Assembly (NCBI GenBank): GCA_043228905.1
Contig: JBHGNT010000012.1
Coordinates: 11,532,001 to 11,596,000 of the forward strand
Direction: 5' to 3'
Source: Azolla caroliniana
Taxonomy: Eukaryota > Plantae > Polypodiophyta
DNA length: 64,000 nucleotides
Part shown: positions 51,358-63,500 of the stretch, in pieces
Numbering within the stretch: position 1 is the stretch's first letter
Layout: each line of letters begins with the position of its first letter
The notes under the pieces: generated by a model
Seen by the model: the letters and a program-made list of their open reading frames with translations, nothing else
The model's database searches: none
What the model was told of the DNA's origin: nothing
Position numbers and translations under genes: made by a program

Positions 51358-54300
51358 AAGGATGTTTGACACGTTCAGGAGGTTCGACTGAACCTGATAT
51401 AAGCCGGTCGGCTAGATGATTAAGGCTACACGAATAGAATGCAGAACAGAGTCATGAAATTCAGCAAAGGAAGCCTGATTTTGGTTCAAGCTCGGAAGAT
51501 CAACACGTTATATCTTATGCATGCCCAAATACGCCGGGAAGAAGTGAATGTAGCATTTGACATTGTCGGTGAGCTGTGGCACAAGAGACTGTGTCATATG
51601 ACCCAGAAGGGGATGAGAAGAATTGCTGAAGACAACCTCATTCCGGAGGTGAAAGACGTGCAGCTTGAGAAGTGCACCGACTGCTTGGCTGGAAAGCAAA
51701 ACCAAACCTCCTTCCGATCAAAACCATCGGTGAGACGGAATGCACCACTAGAGCTGGTGCATATCGATCTGTGTCAAGTAGACACGAAGTCACATGCTGG
51801 ATCGCAATACTTCGTGATGTTCATTGATGACAATAGCCATAAGTTATGGGTCTCACCGCTAATAAAAGACAAAGGATCAGGTGTTATCCATCTTCAAGGA
51901 GCTTCACACGAGAGTGGAAAGAGAAACCGGCCGGAAGCTGAAGGTGGTTCGAGCAGACAATGGAGGAGAATACTGGGGGCAGTTCAAGGAGTATTTCTAG
52001 TCGAAGGGAATCCGGTTCAAATTGACCGTGCTGACGACGTCGGAACTAAACGTGCTGGCTGAACGGATGAACTGGACCATAATGGAGAGAGTTTGCAGCA
52101 TGCTAGCACATGCCAAGTTAGCCAAGACATTTTGGGCTGAGGCGTTAACGACGGTGACTTACGTGATAAACAGATCACCCTCAGTACCCTTGGACGAAGA
52201 CACGCCGCAAAGATTATGGACCGGTAAGGACACGTCTTACCGACATCTAAAGGTGTTCGGGTGTCTCGCATATGTGCATGTTGCAAACGACAAGAGAGCC
52301 AAACTGGATCTGAAGTCCAGGCCATGCATATTCCTTGGATACAACTATGATGAGTTCATTTACCGGGTGTGGGATCTGGTCTACAAAACGGTGTTCTGGA
52401 GTTGAGACATAGTCTTCATGGAAGACAGGACCATAGCCGACTAGGAGTCGGAGAAGAAGATGATGAACTCTGGATCATCCAATGAAAACCGGCTTGAGGA
52501 CACAAGGACCTACCCGGTTGAAAACCGGATGTTGGCCGGCAACCGGTGTCGTGAAGATTTCCGGCTTTGGTGTGAAACCGGGATGGAATGGGCAAGTCAG
52601 CAATGTGCAACATGTGCACATATATAGTAGGAAAAAAAGTGTATACAATAAGGTGGAGAATTTATCCCACATTGTAATGTCTCTCCCTCCTTGGGCTATA
52701 AAAGGAAGGGAGGGGTCTCTTGTGAAGGTGGTTGCCTATTTTGAGTGAGAGAGGTATACCACTTAGGTCGAGGGTTTCTATTTCGGTTTTAGGGTTTCGT
52801 CCAAGGTTTTACTATTTTTCTTCTTTATCATCTTCTTTACTTTACTTATCCGGTTAGGGTTTTCTTGTAGTCGTTTTGGTGCGGCCTATGCGGCCATGCT
52901 TGTAATCGTTCGCGGAGTCTTAATATAACTTGTTGTGTATCTTGACTCCATCTTTTTTCTTGTTCCATCCATTCTATGTTTATGTCCTATTTTTTCTTCT
53001 CTCCTCTCGAGCTAAGCTTTCATTCCCCCTCTACTCCCTAGTCCAAGACACCCACGGTCCCACCTAAGATCTTACACGTACTCGCAAAATACCACGACAT
53101 CTTTGGTGAACCCGATGTGGAAGGGCGGCAAGGGAGGATGGAGTTGGAAGACGAAGACTTCGTAGAGATGGTGGCCGAAGTGGTGATGGAGTTCGGATGA
53201 GTGACGATGAGACAGGAAGCTATTGAACGAGTGGTAGAAAGAGTCGATCGTTTCAACGGGGACAAAGTCCCATTCTACTTGAAAGCCTACAATGCGGAAA
53301 TGGAGGTGCGAGGCGTAGACAAGGCGTTTAGGTTGGAGTTCTTCTGTCGGTTCATCACCGTCCATATGCACGCTGAATTAAAGGAGCTCCGAGGAGCTCA
53401 TAGTTCGTGGGAGGCCTTCGAAAAGGCGCTCTTGTAGGCATACGGAGGACGGCCAAAGAGCCGAGGACGGCGCGACTTCGACCAGTGGGTTGCATCGGTG
53501 ATGATCCACTGGGGCGCAACGAAGGTGTTCAGGGAGTTCGAGCGGCGCTTTACTCAGCTCCTGGAGCGGGAACAAAGTCTGGTGGGGGTGGACAAAGTCT
53601 TGTTGTTCGTTAGGTCAATCGACCGAGCGGAATGGGAGGCCATCGGAATTGAGCTCGAAGACGACAACGGAGCGAATGGCCTTACCGAGGACTGGTTGGA
53701 AGTCGAATAAGCATGCCAACGGTTGGATGAGGAGCAGTCCATGAAAGGTAATGGGAAGATAACGCATCATCACAACAAGGAGCGGGCACGCGACAAGATC
53801 GGCGAAGCTCGATGTTTAAGCCTTGGTCCGGGAAGCATACGAGGCTCTGAAGGTGACAGTCGACGAAGAAGAGAGATCCGACACGTGGATGGATCCTGGA
53901 GACTCAGAGCTAGTCAGCCATCCAGACAAGGCGGACATGGCCCAAGCAGAGGCCGAAGAATGGTACGACGGTACCACAGGAGAGGGTGCGGAGCAAGACA
54001 CCCTCTCGACTTGCGGAGAAAGACTAGCCGAGGAGGAGGTCGGGAGCGGAGAAGAGCCCTCCACGCGGATTCCGGAGACTTCGATAGTCGATCTTGTGTG
54101 CCGACATAAGACCGGAGAGATGGAAGGAGCCAGCGAGGAGTCCTAGCACGATGCCAACGAAGATGGATGGGAAACGGCCTGCGAGGAGGTCCAGGACGGA
54201 GCCACGGTAGAGAAGGAGGAAACGAGTGTCGGCGGCAAGGCGAGCAACCAAGACTATGACAAGGAGAACGAGGAAGAGGAGGAGGCAAGCGTAATCAAGG

Positions 54301-57300
54301 CTTGCGTAATCGGGGACGGGGTAGCCGCGGACAACGACATCCGGACAGACGTGGCTACGGATATGACAAGTGGTGGTGTCGGGACCTTACCCACACCAAT
54401 TCTAGAGACTCCGGCGGTCGGCCCGAGAGCTGGCGTGAGACCTAGAGTGACGGACAATGGTGGCGGCAAGGCGGGTGAACAAAATGAGAATGAGGAAGAT
54501 TGTAGCGGACGGAGGAGAGATCCCTCGACACCGGGACCAGAGACTTCGGCGGTTGCGTACCAACATAAGACCGGAGAGATGGGCGGTAGCCGTGAGGATG
54601 TGAGCCGACATTTTAACGTCTCTCCCTCCTTGGGCTATACAAGGAAGGGAGGGGTCTCTTGTGAAGGTGGTTGCCTATTTTGAGTGAGAGAGGTATACCA
54701 CTTAGGTCAAGGGTTTCTATTTCGGTTTTAGGGTTTCGTCTAGGTATTTACTATTTTTCTTCTTCATCATCTTCTTTACTTTACTTATCCAGTTAGGGTT
54801 TTCTTGTAGTTGTTTTGGTGCGGCCTATGCAACCATGCTTGTAATCGTTCACGGAATCTTAATATAACTTGTTGTGTATCTTGCTTCCATCTATCTTCTT
54901 GTTCCATCCATTCTATGTTTATGTCCTATTCTTTCTCCTCTCCTCTTGAGCTAAGCTTTCATTCCCGCTCTACTCCCTAGTCCAAGACCCCCATGGTCCC
55001 GCCTAAGATCTTACTCGTACTCACGGAATACCGTGACATCTTTGGTGCCGTGAGTACGTGTAAGATCTTAGGCGGGACCGCGGGCGGGGGTCTTGGACTA
55101 GGGAGTAGAGGGGGAATGGAAGCTTAGCTTGAGAGGAGAGGAGAAAGAATAAGACATAATCATAGAATGGATGCATGCAAGATACACAAACGAGTTATAT
55201 TAAGAAACACCAAACGCTTTACAACCATGGCCGCATAGGTCGAATGAAAACACTATATGGAACCCAAACCGAATAAGTAAAGTAAAGAAGACGATGATGA
55301 AGAAAAATAGTAAAACCCTGGACGAAACCCTAAAACCGAAATAGAAACCCTCGACCTAAGTGGTATACCTCTCTCACTCAAAATAGGCAACCACCTTCAC
55401 AAGAGACCCCTCCCTTCCTTTTATAGCCCAAGGAGGGAGAGACATTACAATGTGGGATAAATTCTCCACCTTATTCTATATAGTATTTTTCCTACTATAC
55501 ATGTGCACATGTTGCACATTGCCAACTTGCCCATTCCATCCTGGTTTCACACCAAAGCCGGAAATCTTCACCACACCAGATGACACTCGACGAACCGACT
55601 GGATACGGAAAAGAAACTAAACCGACCGAAGAAGAAGAAGAAGAAGACAACACCTGAACTAGACAAGATCCTAAATCGAACTCGAATGAGGAACAAACAG
55701 AGGAACCGGTAGTTAGAAACCAAGGACGGAGATATCCTCTCTGAGAGAGAAGAGCCCCCCGGAGATTTCCGGATGTAGAGCATGTGTTGCTAACCGATGA
55801 GGGGGAGCCGAAAAGCTTCGATGAAGCAAAGAGAGACACCCACAGCCACAAGTGGTTGAGTGCCATGCAGGATGAGATGGATTCCATGCATGAGAACCAC
55901 ACATACGATCTGACAGAGTTGCCAAAAGGGAAGAGAGCACTCCGGAATAAGTGGGTGTACAAGCTGAAACCGGGAGACGCCGGAAACCCACCAAGATACA
56001 AAGCCTGGATCGTGGTGAAGGGGTTCCAACAGAAGAGAGGAGTGGATTTCGACGAGATCTTTGCCCCGATAGTAAAGATGACATCCATCCGGACAATATT
56101 GGGGAGAGCGGCAAGCATGAACCTCGAGGAAGTCCTGGTGTGCCGGCTGAAGAAGAGCTTATATGGATTGAGGCAAGCTCCCCGGCAATGGTACCGGAAG
56201 TTCGACTCCTTCATGACCAACTAACGGTACCACAAGACCAAGGTCGATCACTGCGTGTTTGTAAAGAAATTTGATGGAGGAGATTTCCGGATACTCCTCC
56301 TATATTTGGATGATATGTTGATCGTCGGACGAGACCAAGGCAAGATTCGGATGCTGAAGAAGGCTCTGAACCGGACCTTCTCAATGAAAGACTTGGGGCC
56401 AGCAAGACAGATATTGGGAATGCACATCATGCGGGACCGATCGAAGAAATTGTTGTGGTTGTCACAGGAGAAGTATGTGACAAAGGTGCTTCAATGGTTG
56501 AACATGTCAAAGGCGAAACCGATCAGATCGACACTTCCAACAAATTGCAATCCGGAAAAGAAAGCCCAACAACAAAGGCGGAGAAGACGGACATGATGAA
56601 GATACCATATGCCTCTATCGTCGGAAGCTTGATGTACGCGATGGTATGTACCCGGCCGAATATCGGATATGCAGTCGGAGTGGTAGGCCGATTCATGAGA
56701 AATCCCGGAAAAAGGCACTGGAACGCGGTCAAGTGGATATTCTGGTATTAGAAAGGCACCTCAAGTATGTGCCTCCGGTTCGGATATGTCGGCTGATGCA
56801 GATACCAGCCGGTCGACATCCGGGGAGCTGTTTCGTGGCAATCGAGGTTGTAGAAGACAGTTGCGTTGTCAACCATGGAGGCGGAGTACATGGCAATTGT
56901 GGAAGCCGGCAAGGAGATAATTTGAATGAAGGACTTCATCGAAGAGCTAGGGATCCAACGGGAGGAATATCGGCTCTACTGTGACAGTCAAAGTGCCATC
57001 CACCTTGCAAAGAATGTGGCCTACCATCTTGGACGAAACATATCCAGTGGAGGTACCAATGGATCCGGGAGAGAGTAGAAGATCAAGAGTTCGTGCTGAT
57101 GAAGATCCAGATGGCGGAGAATAAGTCAGATATGTTGACCAAGGTGTTAACGACCGATAAGTTGGACGCGTGCCGAAAGTGGATCGGGCTGATGAGACAT
57201 CCCATGCCAAAGTGAAGGGGGAGATTGTTGGGAAGTCGGTCCCTCTGGATGGGATCCGGTCATGAATGAAGACGAACACCCGGTGAGAATAGGAAGAGAA
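51358..57300 (+). mobile_element. Copia family A copy 2 (integrase, RT, RNase H, start of 3' LTR), interrupted by Y
   Basis: 51358-52467 parallels 10038-11141. RT LLTDEGEP, KWVYKLK, LYGLRQAPRQW, YLDD. PPT GAAGGGGGAGA at 57214. LTR start TGTTGGGAAG at 57226. Confidence 0.9.
52547..55575 (+). mobile_element. Element Y: gag-only Trp-primed element ending in an inverted LTR
   Basis: LTR 52547-53099, PBS TGGTGAACCCGATGTG, decayed gag, 5'-truncated LTR about 54608-55038, PBS stub TCTTTGGTG, inverted LTR 55048-55575. Flanks CCGG / CCAG. Confidence 0.85.
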
Positions 57301-57501
57301 TGACAGGAACTACACGCTCCCTTTGCACAACGCTCGGCCACAACCGAGCCTAGAATAATACACAGAAAACAGGGAATGAAACACAACACGATAGAGAGAA
57401 GAGTACACAGCATGTTTACGTGGAAAACCCAAACTCGGGAAAAAACCACGGCAGCCCACAGGCTGCCAACTATCACTATGTTACAGTGTACAATAGTAAA
57501 G
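57301..57501 (-). repeat. Family A LTR 3' end inserted in inverted orientation in the A2 3' LTR
   Basis: TGACAGGAACTACACGCTCC... is the reverse complement of about 8740-8941. Confidence 0.9.
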
Positions 57502-60500
57502 TGTTGGGAGACAGGTCCCTCCGGATGGGAAGGGAGAAGAACAGTGCCGACGAACAATCTCGGGCAAGGCCGAAACCGAACGAGGAGTACCCGGCTACGG
57601 AGAGCCGGATGGTGCAGACCCGGAATGAACCGGATGAGGAGTACCCGGCTTCGGAGAGCCGGATGATACAGACCCGGTATGAACCGGATGAGGAGTACCC
57701 GGCTACGGAGAGCCGGATGGTGCAGACCCGGTATGAACCGGATGAGGAGTACCCGGCTTCGGAGAGCCGGATGATACAGACCCGGTATGAACCGGATGAG
57801 GAGTACCCAGCTACGGAGAGCCGGATGGTGCAGACCCGGTATGAACCGGATGAGGAGTACCCGGCTTCGGAGAGCCGGATGGTGCAGACCCGGTATGAAC
57901 GGGATGAGGAGTACCCGGCTACGGAGAGCCGGATGATACAGACCCGGTATGAACCGGATGAGGAGTACCCGGCTACGGAGAGCCGGATGGTGCAGACCCG
58001 GTATGAACCGGATGAGGAGTACCCGGCTTCGGAGAGTTGGATGATACAGACCCGGTATGAACCGGATGAGGAGTACCCGGCTACGGAGAGCCGGATGGTG
58101 CAGACCCGGTATGAACCGGATGAGGAGTACGCGGCTTCGAAGACCCGGATGATACAGACCTGGTATGAACCGGATGAGGAGTACCCGGCTACGGAGAGCC
58201 GGATGGTGCAGACCCGGTATGAACCGGATGAGGAGTACCCGGATTCGGAGAGCCGGATGATACAGACCCGGTATGAACCGGATGAGGAGTACCCGGCAAC
58301 GGAGAGCCGGATGGTGCAGACCCGGTATGAACCGGATGAGTACCCGGCTTCGGAGAGCCGGAGGATACAGACCCGGTATGAACGGGATGAGGAGTACCCG
58401 GCTACGGAGAGCCGGATGATATAGAGCCGGTATGAACCGGATGAGGAGTACCCGGCTACGGAGAGCCAGATGGTGCAGACCCGGTATGAACCGGATGAGG
58501 AGTACCCGGCTACGGAGAGCCGGATGATACAGACCCGGTATGAACCGGATGAGGAGTACCCGGCTACGGAGAGCCAGATGGTGCAGACCCGGTATGAACC
58601 GGATGAGGAGTACCCGGCTTCGGAGAGTCGGATGATACAGACCCGGTATGAACCGGATGAGGAGTACCAGGCTACGGAGAGCCGGATGGTGCAGACCCGG
58701 TATGAACCGGATGAGGAGTACCCATCTTCGAAGAGCCGGATGATACAGACCCGGTATAAACCGGATGAGGAGTACCCGGCTTCGGAGAGCCGGATGGTGC
58801 AGACCCGGTATGAACCGGATGAGGAGTACCCGGCTACGGAGAGCCGGATGGTGCAGACCCGGTATGAACCGGATGAGGAGTACCCGGCTTCGGAGAGCCG
58901 GATGATACAGACCCGGTATGAACCGGATGAGGAGTACCCGGCTACGGAGAGCCGGATGGTGCAGACCCGGTATGAACCGGATGAGGAGTACCCGGCTTCA
59001 GAGAGCCGGATGATACAGACCCGGTATGAACCGGATGAGTACCCGGCTTCGGAGAGCCGGAGGATACAGACCCGGTATGAACCGGATGAGGAGTACCCGG
59101 CTACGGAGAGCCGGACGATACAGACCCGGTATGAACCGGATGAGGAGTACCCGGCTACGGAGAGCCAGATGGTGCAGACCCGGTATGAACCGGATGAGGA
59201 GTACCCGGCTTCGGAGAGTCGGATGATATAGACCCCGTATGAACCGGATGAGGAGTACCCGGCTACGGAGAGCCGGATAGTGCAGACCCGGTATGAACCG
59301 GATGAGGAGTACCCGGCTTCGGAGAGCCGGATGATACAGACCCGGTATGAACCGGATGAAGAGTACCCGTCTACGGAGATCCGGATGATACATACCCGGT
59401 ATGAACCGGATGAGGAGTACCCGGCTACGGAGAGCCAGATGGTGCAGACCCGGTATGAACCGGATGAGGAGTACCCGGCTTCGGAGAGTCGGATGATACA
59501 GACCCGGTATGAACCGGATGAGGAGTACCCGGCTACGGAGAGCCGGATGGTGCAGACCCGGTATGAACCGGATGAGGAGTACCCATCTTCGAAGAGCCGG
59601 ATGATACAGACCCGGTATGAACCGGATGAAGAGTACCCGTCTACGGAGATCCGGATGATACATACCCGGTATGAACCGGATGAGGAGTACCCGGCTACGG
59701 AGAGCCGGATGGTGCAGACCCGGTATTAACCGGATCAGGTGTACTCGGCTTCGGAGAGTCGGATGATACAGACCCAGTATGAACCGGATGAGGAGTACCC
59801 GGCTACGGAGAGCCGGATCGTGCAGACCCGATATGAACCGGATTAGGAGTACCCGGCTTCGAAGAGCCGGATGATAAAGACCCGGTATGAACCGGATGAG
59901 GAGTACCCGGCTACGGAGAGCCGGATGGTGCAGACCCGGTATGAACCGGATGAGGAGTACCCGGCTTCGGAGAGCCGGATGATACAGACCCGGTATGAAC
60001 CGGATGAGGAGTACCCAGCTATGGAGAGCCGGATGGTGCAGACCCGGTATGAACCGGATGAGTACCCGGCTTCGGAGAGCCGGATGATACAGACCCGGTA
60101 TGAACCGGATGAGGAGTACCCGGCTACGAAGAGCCGGATGGTGCAGACCCAGTATGAACCGGATGAGGAGTACCTGGCTACGGAGACCCGGATGATGCAA
60201 ACCCGGTATGAACCGGATGAGCAGTACTCGGCTTCGGAGAGGCGGATGATACAGACCCGGTATGAACCGGATGAGGAGTACACGGCTACGGAGAGCCGGA
60301 TGGTGCAGACCCGGTATGAACCTAATGAGGAGTACCCGGCTTCGAAGAGCCGGATGCTACAAACCCGGTATGAACCGGATGAGGAGTACCCGGCTTCGGA
60401 GAGCCGGATGATACAGACCCGGTATGAACCGGATGAGGAGTACCCGGCTACGAAGAGCCGGATGGTGCAGACCCAGTATGAACCGGATGAGGAGTACCTG

Positions 60501-63500
60501 GCTACGGAGAGTCGGATGATGCAGACCCGGTATGAACCGGATGAGCAGTACTCGGCATCGGAGAGGCGGATGATACAGACCCGGTATGAACGGGATGAGG
60601 AGTACCCGGCTACGGAGAGCCGGATGGTGCAGACCCGGTATGAACCTAATGAGGAGTACCTGGTTTCGAAGAGCCGGATGATACAAACCCGGTATGAACC
60701 GGATGAGGAGTACCCGGCTTCGGAGAGCCGGATGATACAGACCCGATATGAACCGTATGAGGAGTACCCGGCTACGGAGAGCCAGATGGTGCAGACCCGG
60801 TATGAACCGGATGAGGAGTACCCGGCTTCGAAGAGCCGGATGATACAGACGCGGTATGAACCGGATGAGGAGTACCCGTCTACGGAGAGCCGGATGGTGC
60901 AGACCCGGTATGAACCGGATGAGGAGTACCCGGCTTCGGAGAGCCGGATGATACAGACCCGGTATGAACCGGATGAGGAGTACCCGGCTTCGGAGAGCCG
61001 GATGATACAGACCCGGTATGAACCGGATGAGGAGTACCCGGCTACGGAGAGCCGGATGGTGCAGACCCGGTATAAACCGGATGAGGAGTACCCGGCTTCG
61101 GAGAGCCGGATGATACAGACCCGGTATGAACCGGATGAGGAGTACCCGGCTACGGAGAGCCGGATGGTGCAGACCCGGTATGAACAGGATGAAGAGTACC
61201 CGGCTTCGGAGAGCCGGATGGTGCAGACCCGGTATGAACCGGATGAGGAGTACCCGGCTACGGAGAGCCGGATGGTGCAGACCCGGTATGAACTGGATGA
61301 AGAGTACCCGGCTTCGGAGAGCCGGATGGTGCAGACCCGGTATGAACCGGATGAGGAGTACCCGGCTACGGAGAGCCGGATGGTGCAGACCCGGTATGAA
61401 CCGGATGAGGAGTACCCGGCTTCGGAGAGTCGGATGCTACAGACCCGGTATGAACCGGATGAGGAGTACCCGGCTACGGAGAGCCGGATGGTGCAAACCC
61501 GGTATGAACCGGATGAGGAGTACGCGGCTTCGAAGAGCCGGATGATACAGACCTGGTATGAACCGGATGAGGAGTACCCGGCTACGGAGAGCCGGATGGT
61601 GCAGACCCGGTATGAACCGGATGAGGAGTACCCGGCTTCGGAGAGTCGGATGATACAGACCCAGTATGAACCGGATGAGGAGTACCCGGCTACGGAGAGC
61701 CGGATGGTGCAGACCCGATATGAACCGGATGAGGAGTACCCGGCTTCGGAGAGCCGGATGATACAGACCCGGTATGAACCGGATGAAGAGTACCCGTCTA
61801 CGGAGATCCGGATGATACATACCCGGTATGAACCGGATGAGGAGTACCCGGCTACGGAGAGCCGGATGGTGCAGACCCGGTATGAACCGGATGAGGTGTA
61901 CTCGGCTTCGGAGAGTCGGATGATACAGACCGAGTATGAACCGGATGAGGAGTACCCGGCTACGGAGAGCCGGATGGTGCAGACCCGGTATGAACCGGAT
62001 GAGGAGTACCCGACTTCGAAGAGCCGGATGATACAGACCCAGTATGAACCGGATGAGGAGTACCCGGCTACGGAGAGCCGGATGGTGCAGACCCGGTATG
62101 AACCGGATGAGGAGTACCCGGCTTCGGAGAGCCGGATGATAAAGACCCGGTATGAACCGGATCAGGAGTACCCAGCTACGGAGAGCCGGATGGTGCAGAC
62201 CCGGTATGAACCGGATGAGTACCCGGCTTCGGAGAGCCGGATGATACAGACCCGGTATGAACCGGATGAGGAGTACCCGGCTACGGAGAGCCGGATGGTG
62301 CAGACCCGGTATGAACCGGATGAGGAGTACCTGGCTACGGAGAGCCGGATGGTGCAGACCCGGTATGAACCGGATGAGGAGTACTCGGCTTCGGAGAGCC
62401 GGATGATACAGACCCGGTATGAACCGGATGAGGAGTACCCGGCTACGGAGAGCCGGATGGTGCAGACCCGGTATGAACCTAATGAGGAGTACCCGGCTTC
62501 GGAGAGCCGGATCCTACAGACCCGGTATGAACCGGATGAGGAGTACCCGGCTTCGGAGAGCCGGATGATACAGACCCGGTATGAACCGGATGAGGAGTAC
62601 CCGGCTACGGAGAGCCGGATGGTGCTGACCCGGTATGAACCGGATGAGGAGTACCCGGCTTCGGAGAGCCTGATGATACAGACCCGGTATGAACTGGATG
62701 AGGAGTACCCGTCTACGGAGATCCGGGTGATACATACCCGGTATGAACCGGATGAGGAGTACCCGGCTACGGAGAGCCGGATGGTGCAGACCCGGTATGA
62801 ACCGGATGAGGAGTACCCGGCTTCGGAGAGCCGGATGATACAGACCCAGTATGAACCGGATGAGGAGTACCCGGCTACGGAGAGCCGGATGGTGCAGACC
62901 CGGTATGAACCGGATGAGGAGTACTCGGCTTCGGAGAGCCGGATGATACAGACCCGGTATGAACCGGATGAGGAGTACCCGGCTACGGAGAGCCGGATGG
63001 TGCAGACCCGGTATGAACCTAATGAGGAGTACCCGGCTTCGGAGAGCCGGATCCTACAGACCCGGTATGAACCGGATGAGGAGTACCCGGCTTCGGAGAG
63101 CCGGATGATACAGACCCGGTATGAACCGGATGAGGAGTACCCGGCTACGGAGAGCCGGATGGTGCTGACCCGGTATGAACCGGATGAGGAGTACCCGGCT
63201 TCGGAGAGCCTGATGATACAGACCCGGTATGAACTGGATGAGGAGTACCCGTCTACGGAGATCCGGGTGATACATACCCGGTATGAACCGGATGAGGAGT
63301 ACCCGGCTACGGAGAGCCGGATGGTGCAGACCCGGTATGAACCGGATGAGGAGTACCCGGCTTCGGAGAGCCGGATGATACAGACCCAGTATGAACCGGA
63401 TGAGGAGTACCCGGCTACGGAGAGCCGGATGGTGCAGACCCGGTATGAACCGGATGAGGAGTACCCGGCTTCGGAGAGCCGGATGATACAGACCCGGTAT

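Noticed and set aside
8327-57300. One family A element spanning the window
   Set aside because: The LTR 5' ends differ and the integrase region is present twice in diverged form.
57420-59729. Host repeat-protein gene (ORFs of 334, 253 and 149 aa)
   Set aside because: The ORF start lies in an inverted LTR fragment, there are in-frame stops, and long ORFs appear on both strands as expected from a stop-free 54-bp unit.
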